64,000 nt of DNA from Dehalococcoidia bacterium (lineage in GTDB: Bacteria; Chloroflexota; Dehalococcoidia; Lucifugimonadales; Australimonadaceae), in assembly GCA_034423175.1 (NCBI GenBank), contig DAOUJA010000017.1, forward strand, positions 20,638 through 84,637, written 5' to 3'. Below the pieces are notes generated by a model, which made no database searches, was not told the origin of the DNA, and saw nothing but the letters and a program-made list of their open reading frames with translations. The position numbers and the translations under genes were made by a program. Positions 17,919 to 26,238 of the stretch are shown here, in pieces (position 1 is the stretch's first letter; the number at the start of each line of letters is the position of its first letter).

Positions 17919-18360
17919 CCTCTACAAGGACATCATCCTGGACCACTACCGCCGCCCCCGGAACCAGGGCCTGATCCCCGAGCCGGACCTGCAATCGACG
18001 GGCTTCAACCCGTTCTGCGGCGACCAGGTGGTGCTGACCATCAGCCTCGGCGGCGACGGGCGCATCAGCGAGACCAAGTTCGAGGGCGAAGGCTGCTCGA
18101 TCAGCCAGGCGTCAGCCTCGATGCTCACGACGCACCTCTGCGGTCAGACGATCGATGAAGCCGAGGCGCTCGTGCAGACGTTCAAGGGCGTCATGCAGGG
18201 CGAGGAGCTCACGGAAGAGCAGGAGGACGCGCTGGGCGACATCGTGGCGCTGCAGGGCGTGCGGGAGTTCCCCATCCGCATCAAGTGCGCGCTCCTCGGC
18301 TGGACGACGCTCCAGGACGCCATCGCCGACTACCGGAAGTCGCAGACGGATAGAGGATAG
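17893..18360 (+). CDS. sufU: SufU/IscU-like Fe-S scaffold or sulfur acceptor
   Basis: LYKDIILDHYRRPRNQG, NPFCGD, GEGCSISQASASM and KCALLGW. Confidence 0.85.
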   Translation: MQMPDRLDDLYKDIILDHYRRPRNQGLIPEPDLQSTGFNPFCGDQVVLTISLGGDGRISETKFEGEGCSISQASASMLTTHLCGQTIDEAEALVQTFKGVMQGEELTEEQEDALGDIVALQGVREFPIRIKCALLGWTTLQDAIADYRKSQTDRG

Positions 18361-18393
18361 TACCTGTCAGTACCGATTCGTTGCATAGAACTA

Positions 18394-18422
18394 TTGACAA
18401 CCATCGGGAACTCCTGTAGGCT
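18394..18422 (+). promoter_or_regulatory. sigma-70-like promoter (TTGACA-17 nt-TAGGCT) for the ParB-like cassette
   Basis: TTGACA at 18394-18399, an exact 17-nt spacer and TAGGCT at 18417-18422. AGGAGG at 18435-18440 lies 8 nt before the ATG at 18449. Confidence 0.45.
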
Positions 18423-18448
18423 AAAGAAAACCACAGGAGGTGGTCACC

Positions 18449-19465
18449 ATGACCAACAACGGTTCAGTCCCTGTCACGATACGGTTGGGTAACCAGGACT
18501 TCATCTTGGAGAGGAAGGTGGTGCCCATCGATTGGCTGAAACTCGACCCTCGCAACCAGCGCCTCAGCCACGCACTGACCCAAGAGGGCAACACTCCGTC
18601 CGATGCCCGGCTCCAAGAGCTGCTGTGGTCTATCGACGCGGTGAAGGACCTCTACCAAAGCGTCCTTCAGAATGGCGGCCTCATTGACGACCCCATCGTC
18701 ACTCAGGAAGGGGTCGTTGTGGAAGGGAACTCGCGGACGGTCGTACTCCGTGAACTCCATAAGAAGTACCCAGCGGATCCGCGATGGAAAGAGACCTACG
18801 TTCGGCTCCTGCCACCTGACGTTACGCCTGAGCAAATCGTCACTCTGCTGGGAGAACTCCATATCGCAGGAAAGATCGAGTGGCGGGCCTACGAACAGGC
18901 AGAGTACGTCTGGCGCATGAACAAGGAGTTTGGACGCACCTACGATTTCCTCGCTGCCCACTTACGTTGGTCTCGGTCAAAGATAGCCCAGAAGATCGGG
19001 GCCTTCGAGGAAACTCGGGTCTACTTGGCTGAGTATGCTGACCCCCAGGGAGTAAACCGCTTCTCCCACTTTGAAGAGTTCATGAAGAAGAAAGACCTCC
19101 GCGAGCGCCGTGAGAGCGACCCTCTCTTCATGAAGGAGTTCAGACAGTGGGTGCATCAAGGGAAGTTCCCAGGCGCAACGGACATGCGCATCCTGCCGGA
19201 CGTGCTCGCGAACGACAAAGCACTAGCAGCGCTCCGAGAGTACAACATCCAATCCGCAGAGGCGGTTTTGAATGACGCTGACCCCTCGCGGAATTCCGAT
19301 CTGTACTACAGCGTTGACCAGACATGTCAGCAGCTTCGCAACGTGCCTCTCTCGGAAGTCAAGGCACTTCAGCACGGCTCTCCCACAAAGCTTGCGAAAC
19401 TCGCTGAACTACAAGCCGCTCTCGATGAACTGGCGCAGATGGCAGGGATCAGCGTGAGGCGCTAG
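18449..19465 (+). CDS. ParB/Srx N-terminal-domain protein with HTH
   Basis: VPIDWLKLDPRNQR, DPIVTQEGVVVEGNSRTVVLREL and a candidate HTH YDFLAAHLRWSRSKIAQKI. G+C about 53-56 percent. Confidence 0.7.
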   Translation: MTNNGSVPVTIRLGNQDFILERKVVPIDWLKLDPRNQRLSHALTQEGNTPSDARLQELLWSIDAVKDLYQSVLQNGGLIDDPIVTQEGVVVEGNSRTVVLRELHKKYPADPRWKETYVRLLPPDVTPEQIVTLLGELHIAGKIEWRAYEQAEYVWRMNKEFGRTYDFLAAHLRWSRSKIAQKIGAFEETRVYLAEYADPQGVNRFSHFEEFMKKKDLRERRESDPLFMKEFRQWVHQGKFPGATDMRILPDVLANDKALAALREYNIQSAEAVLNDADPSRNSDLYYSVDQTCQQLRNVPLSEVKALQHGSPTKLAKLAELQAALDELAQMAGISVRR

Positions 19466-19467
19466 CC

Positions 19468-19692
19468 ATGGAAGACAAGGTCATCAGCCGGCTCCGCAAG
19501 AACGCATCAGAAGAAATCAGAATCGCGTTTCGCGAATACCACGGCAGAAAACTTGTTGACATACGCATATTTGCCGGACCACGTGGGCAAGAGACCGTAC
19601 CCACTCCGAAAGGAGTCAGCGTACCCATAGAGATATTCGGCGAGTTCAAGAACGCCATCGACGACGCGGAGGAGTTTCTTGAGCAGAGGTAG
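19468..19692 (+). CDS. PC4/YdbC-like ssDNA-binding protein (74 aa)
   Basis: The pattern EEIRIAFREYHGRKLVDIRIF...TPKGVSVPIEIFGEFKNAI resembles bacterial PC4-fold proteins. It starts 2 nt after the upstream stop and has a GAGG SD. Confidence 0.5.
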   Translation: MEDKVISRLRKNASEEIRIAFREYHGRKLVDIRIFAGPRGQETVPTPKGVSVPIEIFGEFKNAIDDAEEFLEQR

Positions 19693-19694
19693 CA

Positions 19695-19747
19695 GGGGTA
19701 GAACGAACGCAGGCTTGGCGATGCCCAGCCTGCGTTCGTTCTACCCC
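19695..19747. terminator. perfect 20-bp-stem hairpin between convergent genes (bidirectional terminator candidate)
   Basis: ggggtagaacgaacgcaggc (19695-19714) pairs perfectly with gcctgcgttcgttctacccc (19728-19747). There is no U-tract. Confidence 0.55.
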
Positions 19748-19830
19748 TCGTCCCCTGCGGCGACCGCCGTCCTTCAGGCGGCACAGTCCAGGCGTGCCCC
19801 GCATCACCGTCGGCATGGCGCACCGCATCC

Positions 19831-20256
19831 TCACAAGACCCATAAACGCACGCGGTAGCACGGTCCACCGCCGGATTCCTCCCGGTAACGAACCTCCCGA
19901 ATCTGCCGGTCATCCTGATACAGCATCACCTCGGCGAGGGTCTCGAGGTGGCTAAGGTCGGCATTCACTCGGCGAGCTTGGAGTGCATCAGCAACGCCGC
20001 CGAGGAAGTTCGTGGCATCGGCGCGATCGTTCATCCCCGCAGGTTTGCCCGACGGTTCGGCCACGACAAGTTCGAGTCCAACGTGCCTCGCTTCAGGCGG
20101 CTGCCAATTCGAGCCAGGCAATGCTGCCTGCGCTGCCTCAAGAAGCGTTCGTACACGGGATGCAGAGCCGTGAGTCGGATTGAACATGGACAGTGCCTCA
20201 CCCTTAGCAGGAGGCCAGCCGTCCACATCAAACTCTATGCTCGGCGCGTTACTCAT
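19831..20256 (-). CDS. RusA-like Holliday junction resolvase fold protein
   Basis: FDVDGWPPAKGEA, DRADATNFLGGVADAL and YQDDRQIREVRY match the RusA pattern DxxNxxKxxxDAL...DDxQV by eye. The start overlaps the ybjQ stop. Confidence 0.5.
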   Translation of the reverse strand: MSNAPSIEFDVDGWPPAKGEALSMFNPTHGSASRVRTLLEAAQAALPGSNWQPPEARHVGLELVVAEPSGKPAGMNDRADATNFLGGVADALQARRVNADLSHLETLAEVMLYQDDRQIREVRYREESGGGPCYRVRLWVL

Positions 20257-20569
20257 CCTCCACGACGACGGCGGTGCCATAGGCGAGCAGTTCCGACGCG
20301 CCCGTCATCACCATGGACGTGACGAAGCGCATGCCGACTACGGCGTTCGCTCCCAGGCCCTCGGCCTGCTCCACCATCCTCGAGATGGCCTGCTCGCGCG
20401 ACTCGGCCATGAGGCGCGTGTACTCCGTCACCTCGCCGCCCACGATGTTGCGCAGGCCGGCGACGATGTCGCGTCCGATGTTGCGCGCGCGGATCGTGTT
20501 GCCCTGCACGAGGCCCTTCACCTCGGTGATGCGCTTCCCGGGGACCTGGTCGGATGTGGCAAGAATCAT
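20249..20569 (-). CDS. ybjQ: YbjQ/UPF0145 family protein
   Basis: GKRITEVKGLVQGNTIRARNIGRDIVAGLRNIVGGEVTEYTRLMAESREQAISRMVEQAEGLGANAVVGMRF. Confidence 0.85.
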   Translation of the reverse strand: MILATSDQVPGKRITEVKGLVQGNTIRARNIGRDIVAGLRNIVGGEVTEYTRLMAESREQAISRMVEQAEGLGANAVVGMRFVTSMVMTGASELLAYGTAVVVEDE

Positions 20570-20799
20570 CGGTCAACCTCCTCGAATCGTTCGGTCTTGC
20601 TTTCGCGTATCCGGTCGCGGATGACCGATGCCGCCAGCACCAGGAACCCTACGACAACCGCAAAGAGGGACAGCCTGATCGCCAACGGAACCTCGGCGGC
20701 GGCGAACAGCTCCGCCAGCGCGTAGTAGACCCCGACGCCCAGCAGCCCGGCCAACCCCACCAGCAACAGACCCAGGCCTACGGTTTGCATCTCGCTCAC
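20566..20799 (-). CDS. small membrane protein (2 predicted TM helices)
   Basis: Hydrophobic stretches GLGLLLVGLAGLLGVGVYYAL and LSLFAVVVGFLVLAASVI. 4-nt overlap with ybjQ. Confidence 0.6.
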   Translation of the reverse strand: MSEMQTVGLGLLLVGLAGLLGVGVYYALAELFAAAEVPLAIRLSLFAVVVGFLVLAASVIRDRIRESKTERFEEVDR

Positions 20800-20908
20800 C
20801 CCCGTGTGAAACCGGGCGAGATTCCTGCCTCCGCAGGGATGACGAAGCTGCGCGCCGCTGAGGCCGCGCTACCCCGACGCGCCCATTATACGGCAGGGCG
20901 AGGAGCCC

Positions 20909-23314
20909 CTACCGCAGCTCCACCTCGGTGGCGCCGTCGCCGCCACGCTCGCGCGGCGCGAACGCGTAGGAAGCGACCACGCTGCTGTCCGCGAGCCGCC
21001 GCCAGACGGCGTTGCGCAATGCGCCGGTCCCCTTGCCGTGCACGATGCGGACGCGCGTCAGGCCGTACGCGACGGCGCTGTCGAGGTAGGCGTCGAGCCG
21101 TTCGACCGCACCGTTGGCGCGCTCACCGCGCACGTCCAGCTCGATGCCGGGGGCAGGTGTGGAGAGCGGTATCGCGACGCCGGAGCGAGCGGGGCGCTGC
21201 GTCCGCTCGTCTTCCACCGGCTCTCCCGCGCGGCGGAGGCGCGAGACGTCCAGCTGTATCCGGGCCGAGCCGACGAGCACCTCGACGCGGCCCGCGCCGT
21301 CGGGCGCGGTCAGCACCGCGCCCTTGATGCCGAGCGCTCCCACCTCCACCGTCTCCCCCACCTGAAGCCTGGTCTTACGCCCCGTTGGCACGGGCGGCCG
21401 CTTGCCCCAGACGCGGGAGCGGAGGGCGCGCTGCACGTCGGCCACGTCGGCGGAGGCGGCTTCCATGACGCGCGGCGGAGGCGGCCCGCCGCGGAACGTC
21501 TGCCACTCCGCCGCGGACTCGGCCTGCTTCAGCTTCGCACGCACGCGGTCCGCCTCCTGCCGCAGCTCGGCCCGCACCTCCTCCACGACGGACGCCTGCG
21601 CGGATTCAAGCGCCTCGACCTGTTGCGTCAGCTCAGCAGACAGTTCCGCCGCGCGGGCGCGTTCCGCCTCGGCCTCGTCCAGCTTCTCGCGGGTGAGCGC
21701 ACGCTCCCAGCGTATCGCCGAGAGCAGACCCTCCGTCTCCCGGTGCACGGGACCGAGCCGCTGCTGCGCGGCCTCGATGATGCGCGCGTCCAGCCCGGTC
21801 CGCGCCGCGATGTCCATGGCGTAGCTCCTGCCGGGCAGCCCCATCGTCAGCTTGTACGTGGGGCGGAGCGTCTGCGGGTCGAGCTCGACGCTCGCGTTCT
21901 CCATCGCCTCGTGCTCCTCGGCGAGCGCCGCCAGCGGACGGTGGTGCGTCGTGACGACGCACGGCACGCCCTGCTCCGCAAGGTGCGCGGCGACCGCGCA
22001 GCCGAGCGCCGCGCCCTCTTCCGGGTCCGTCGACGTGCCGAGCTCGTCGAACAGCACGAGCGAGCGCGGGGTCGCGTGCGCCAGGATGCCGGCGATCGCC
22101 GTTACGTGCGAGCTGAAGGTGGAGACGGCGAGCTCGATGCTCTGCTGGTCGCCGATGTCGGCGTAGACGCCGTCGAAGAGCGGCAGCGACGTCTGAGCCG
22201 CGCACGGCAGTTGCAGGCCGCTCTGCCGCATGAGCGCCATGAGGCCGAGCGTCTTGAGCGCGACGGTCTTGCCGCCCGTGTTGGGGCCGGTGACGACGAG
22301 CACCGAGACCGGCGGCTCCAGCGCGAGCGAGACGGGAACGGCGCCGGTCTCGATCAGCGGGTGGCGCGCGTCCACGAGTTGCACGGAGGCGCCCTCCCCG
22401 ACCGCGACGCCCCGGTACGTGCGGGCGTAGCGCGCCTTCGCGAGCGCCGCATCCACCCGCCCCACCATCTCCAGCGCGTGCATCGCCTCCGCCCCGCGAC
22501 GCGCCACGCTCAGGGTGAGGCGCTGCAGGATGCGGCGCACCTCGTCCTGCTCGGCGTCGCCGGCCTCGCGCCAGCGGTTGGTGCGGTGCACGTTGGCGAA
22601 CGGCTCGATGAAGAGCGTCGCGCCGGAGTCGGAGGAGCCGTGGACGATGCCGGGCATCCTGCCCTTGAAGTCGGCCTTCACCGGCAGCACGAGCCTGCCG
22701 CCGCGCACCGTGTAGAGCCGGTCCTGCAGCACCTCGGCGCCGAGGTCGGAGTCGACGAAGGCCTGCATGCCCTGCGACGCGTTGTGATAGGCGTCGCGGC
22801 TCTCGGCGCGGAGCTGGCGCAGCAGGGGGCTGGCGTCGTCCTTGAGCTCGCCCGAAGGCGTCAGCTTCGCGCGCAGCTCGCGCTCCAGGGGGCGCAGGTC
22901 CGCGATGTTGCGCGTGAGCTTCCGCAGCAGGGGCGTCTGCGAGCGCGCCGAGCCGCCGAGCGCCTTGGCCGCGCGGGCGGCGTCGAGGCCGTCGGCGACG
23001 GCGACGAGTTCGCTGCCGGAGAGCGCGCTGCCCATGGCGGCGCGCTGGACCAGCGGACGCGGGTCGTGGGAGAGCGCGAGCGCCGGCGATTCGTCGAGCA
23101 GGAGCGCTGCCTCGGCGGTCTCCTGCTGCAGTTCGGCTACGGCTGCGGAGTCGTAGACGGGCGTGAGCGCGAGCACGCGTTCGGAGGACATCGGCGTGCG
23201 GGTATGGCTCGCCAGCGCCTCGCGGATGCGGGGGAACTCGAGGAGCCCCAGCGTCCGCTCGCGCAGTTCAGGCCCCGTCGCGGAGGCGGGCCGCACGTCC
23301 GGCAGGTTCGTCAT
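20909..23314 (-). CDS. mutS2: endonuclease MutS2 (MutS domain plus C-terminal Smr)
   Basis: Walker A VVTGPNTGGKTV, LVLFDELGTSTDPEEG and the C-terminal Smr VRIVHGKGTGALR. The start is set at MTNLPD (23314); upstream ORF sequence is a repeat element. Confidence 0.9.
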   Translation of the reverse strand: MTNLPDVRPASATGPELRERTLGLLEFPRIREALASHTRTPMSSERVLALTPVYDSAAVAELQQETAEAALLLDESPALALSHDPRPLVQRAAMGSALSGSELVAVADGLDAARAAKALGGSARSQTPLLRKLTRNIADLRPLERELRAKLTPSGELKDDASPLLRQLRAESRDAYHNASQGMQAFVDSDLGAEVLQDRLYTVRGGRLVLPVKADFKGRMPGIVHGSSDSGATLFIEPFANVHRTNRWREAGDAEQDEVRRILQRLTLSVARRGAEAMHALEMVGRVDAALAKARYARTYRGVAVGEGASVQLVDARHPLIETGAVPVSLALEPPVSVLVVTGPNTGGKTVALKTLGLMALMRQSGLQLPCAAQTSLPLFDGVYADIGDQQSIELAVSTFSSHVTAIAGILAHATPRSLVLFDELGTSTDPEEGAALGCAVAAHLAEQGVPCVVTTHHRPLAALAEEHEAMENASVELDPQTLRPTYKLTMGLPGRSYAMDIAARTGLDARIIEAAQQRLGPVHRETEGLLSAIRWERALTREKLDEAEAERARAAELSAELTQQVEALESAQASVVEEVRAELRQEADRVRAKLKQAESAAEWQTFRGGPPPPRVMEAASADVADVQRALRSRVWGKRPPVPTGRKTRLQVGETVEVGALGIKGAVLTAPDGAGRVEVLVGSARIQLDVSRLRRAGEPVEDERTQRPARSGVAIPLSTPAPGIELDVRGERANGAVERLDAYLDSAVAYGLTRVRIVHGKGTGALRNAVWRRLADSSVVASYAFAPRERGGDGATEVELR

Positions 23315-23333
23315 GCCGAGGAGCCTTTTGCTG

Positions 23334-23370
23334 CCCTCACCCCAGCCCTCTCCCAGAGGGAGAGGGGAGC
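23334..23370. repeat. hairpin repeat family 2 copy
   Basis: ccctcaccccagccctctcccagagggagaggggagc. Confidence 0.6.
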
Positions 23371-23414
23371 AAGCCAAGGGGGCCGGCGAAAGTTTGGGGG
23401 GAAATTACTGCGCA

Positions 23415-23543
23415 TTTCCGCTCATCAGCCTCGATTTCACCTCTGGACCCGCCTTGAATCGCGAGCGGTCCGACTGTGCAAAACCGCTCATCTGCCGCTC
23501 ATTTCCGCTCATCTGCCCTGCAAAACCGTTCATTTCCGTTCGG
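23415..23543. repeat. iteron-like direct repeats CCG(C/T)TCAT, five copies
   Basis: Copies at 23418, 23484, 23495, 23505 and 23526. The three central copies are spaced 10-11 bp apart. TGCAAAACCG(C/T)TCAT is duplicated. Confidence 0.5.
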
Positions 23544-23673
23544 CCGGTCTATCCGCGAGCGGCTACGCCACAAGCCAACGCCACACCCCAAGGACAGCGT
23601 ACGCGGCAAGGGGGCGATTGCGAAAGGGGCGCGTGTCGCGTCCGGGCGGGATGCGGGGAAGGGTTGCGGATTG

Positions 23674-23719
23674 CCCGAGGGATGTTTCGACTCCGCCTCC
23701 GGCTCCGCTCAACATGACA
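23674..23719. repeat. family 3 MITE right-arm copy
   Basis: cccgagggatgtttcgactccgcctccggctccgctcaacatgaca compared with 10601-10645. Confidence 0.6.
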
Positions 23720-23789
23720 AGGCCCCAGTCCCCCACTCCTGCGTAGTGCACGGGCGTTCTCGCGGAATGCGTTAGAATCGAGAGCACGT

Positions 23790-25338
23790 ATGAACCCGGA
23801 AGACCAGGCCCGTGAACACATAGACCAGATGCTTCGCGACAGCGGCTGGGTCGTTCAAGACTACAAGGCCATCAACCTGTACGCGGGGCTCGGGGTAGCA
23901 GTTCGGGAGTTCGTTCTGAAGGACGGGCATGGCCGTGCGGACTACCTGCTGTACGTAGACCAAGCCGCGGTCGGCGTCGTGGAGGCGAAGCCCGTGGGCC
24001 ACACGCTCTCTGGCGTGGAGACGCAGACGGACAAGTACAGCGACGGTCTGCCCGACGAGTTGCCGTATTACCGCAAACCGCTGCCCTTTCTCTACCAGAG
24101 CACCGGCGTAGAGACGTGCTTCACGAACCTGTACGACCCCGACCCGCGCAGCAGGTCGCTCTTCACGTTCCACAGGCCCGAGACGATTGCAGAGTGGCTG
24201 GGCGTGGGTCCGCACGACGCGGGGCTGCAGGCCGCGGAGATCAAACGCGCTCCCTTCGTGACCACGTTCCTTGTTGCGATGCAGAACAACATGCCCCTGT
24301 TGGACACGCAGGGGTTATGGGGCGCACAGATCAACGCCATAAGCAACGTGGAGCGTTCCCTTGCGAGAGGAGACCCGCGCTTGCTCGTCCAGATGGCAAC
24401 CGGCAGCGGGAAGACCCGAATGGCCTGCGCCCTCGCCTACCGGCTCATCAGGTACGCAGGGGTAAAGCGCATCCTCTTCCTCGTGGACCGGAGCAACCTG
24501 GCGCGGCAGACGTTCCGCGAGTTCCAGGGCTACGACACGCCGGACGACGGCCGGAAGTTCACGGAACTCTACAACGTGCAGCACCTGCGCTCGGACCGCA
24601 TAGACCGGGTCAGCAACGTGTGCATCTCCACCATCCAGCGCGTCTACTCCATCCTCAAGGGAGAGCCCCTGGACGAAGAATGGGATGAGAGGTCCACCTA
24701 CGAAGCGGGGATGCTTCAGGGGGCGCAGGCAACGGTGGAGTACAACCCCTCCGTTCCCATCGAAACGTTCGACATCATCATTGTCGACGAGACGCACCGC
24801 TCCATCTACAACCTCTGGCGGCAGGTGCTGGAGTACTTCGACGCGCGGCTCATCGGGCTCACCGCCACGCCGTCCAAGCAGACCTTCGGCTTCTTCAGGC
24901 AGAACCTCGTTATGGAGTACGGCCGCGAGCAGGCTGTCGCAGACGGCGTCAACGTCGACTTCGACGTCTTCCGCATCAGGACGGAGATCACAGAGGGAGG
25001 CAGCACGGTAGAGGCGGGCTACTACGTGGACAAGCGCGACCGCGAGACGCGCGCCGTCCGGTGGGAGAAGCTGGACGACGACCTCGAATACGCGGCGTCG
25101 GACCTCGACCGGAGCGTCGTCGCGGAGGACCAGATACGCACCGTGCTGCAGGCGTTCAGGGAAGGCCTGCCAACGATGTTCCCGGGCCGTGATGACGTGC
25201 CGAAGACGCTCATCTTCGCCAAGGACGACAGCCACGCCGAGGACATCGTGCGCATCGCCAGGGAGGTGTTCGGCAAGGGCAACGAGTTCTGCCAGAAGAT
25301 CACGTACAAGACGACGGGCGCGAAGCCGGAGGACCTCC
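23790..25338 (+). pseudogene. hsdR: type I restriction R-subunit-like nuclease/helicase, 3'-truncated
   Basis: PD-(D/E)xK-like GRADYLLYVD...VGVVEAK and helicase motifs MATGSGKT, IIVDETHRS and LTATP. The sensible frame ends after KITYKTTGAKPEDLL, before motifs V/VI. Confidence 0.7.
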
Positions 25339-26238
25339 TCCACCGCACTCGCCCGCGCCGAGGGCCGCGACTACGAGCACGCGTCTGTATTGTTGGAGCG
25401 GATCGCGAAAGAGCGTCAGGCCCGGTGGGAATCCAGTGATAAGAGGCGAGGTCAGTACAAGGCACCCACTACACCAGACACTTCCATTCTGCCAGAACTT
25501 CCTCCAGGATGGGTTTGGGGTAGCATAGAGCAGATATCTGAAGTTGGCACAGGCTCCACTCCCCTCAAATCCCGATCGGAATTCTATGCGAATGGAACCG
25601 TCCCTTGGGCTACCAGTTCAGCGTTAAATCACCCTGAAATCCGTGCTCCCATAAGCTTTGTTACGGAGAAAGCCGTCCAAGAGTGCCATCTGTCGTACTA
25701 TCCGCCGCACACTTTGCTTGTCGCAATGTATGGCGAGGGCAGGACGCGTGGTAAGTGCGCCGAATTGATGTTCCACTCAACAATCAATCAGGCAATTGCC
25801 GCAATAGTAATGGAAGAATCTGCTGCGAACTGTCGTCACTACACTAAACTGTTTCTCGAAAGCAACTACATAGAGACTCGGCGGCTCTCTTCGGGTGGAG
25901 TACAACCGAATCTAAACCTCACATTGATTAAGGAGATTGCTGTTCCACTGCCGCCCTCGGCAGAGCAACTACGCATCATCGCGGAGGTGGATCGAAGACT
26001 GTCGGTAGCAGGGCAGGCCGAGGCTGCGCTTGAGGCCAACCTGAAGCGCGCCGAGCGGCTGCGGCAGGCCATCCTCAAACGCGCGTTCGAGGGTCGGCTC
26101 GTTCCCCGGGACCCGGACGACGAGCCCGCCTCGGTGCTGCTGGAGCGTATCAGGACGGAGAAGGCGAGCAAAGAGCGGGAGAGGCCAGGGAGGAGGAGAC
26201 TGGAATATCTAGTACCTACGAGTGAGTATGCGGAATAG
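25339..26238 (+). pseudogene. hsdS: type I specificity subunit fragment (central conserved region, one TRD, C-terminal conserved region)
   Basis: ASVLLERIAKERQ...LPPGWVWGSIEQISEVGTGSTP...GGVQPNLNLTLIKEIAVPLPPSAEQLRIIAEV...ASVLLERIRTEKA. There is no ATG between the junction and the TRD. The G+C falls to about 50 percent in the TRD. Confidence 0.6.

Noticed and set aside
23315-23377. N-terminal extension of MutS2 (MACSPLPLGEGWGEGSKRLLG)
   Set aside because: The extension is the translation of a family 2 hairpin repeat. The conserved MutS2 sequence begins at the internal Met (23314).
21038-23746. 902-aa ORF on the plus strand
   Set aside because: It is entirely antisense to the well-supported mutS2 gene. 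Its Arg/Ala/Gly-rich low-information translation is typical of shadow ORFs in high-GC DNA. The same reasoning applies to 4032-5621(-), 7830-9149(-), 7832-9061(+), 48748-49944(-), 51564-53663(-), 54699-56657(-), 35209-36399(-), 41558-42784(-) and similar track entries.
25189-25338. ATG at 25189 as the start of the hsdS-like ORF
   Set aside because: This stretch overlaps the helicase frame and translates to Arg/Ser-rich nonsense. The HsdS-like sequence only begins near 25339.
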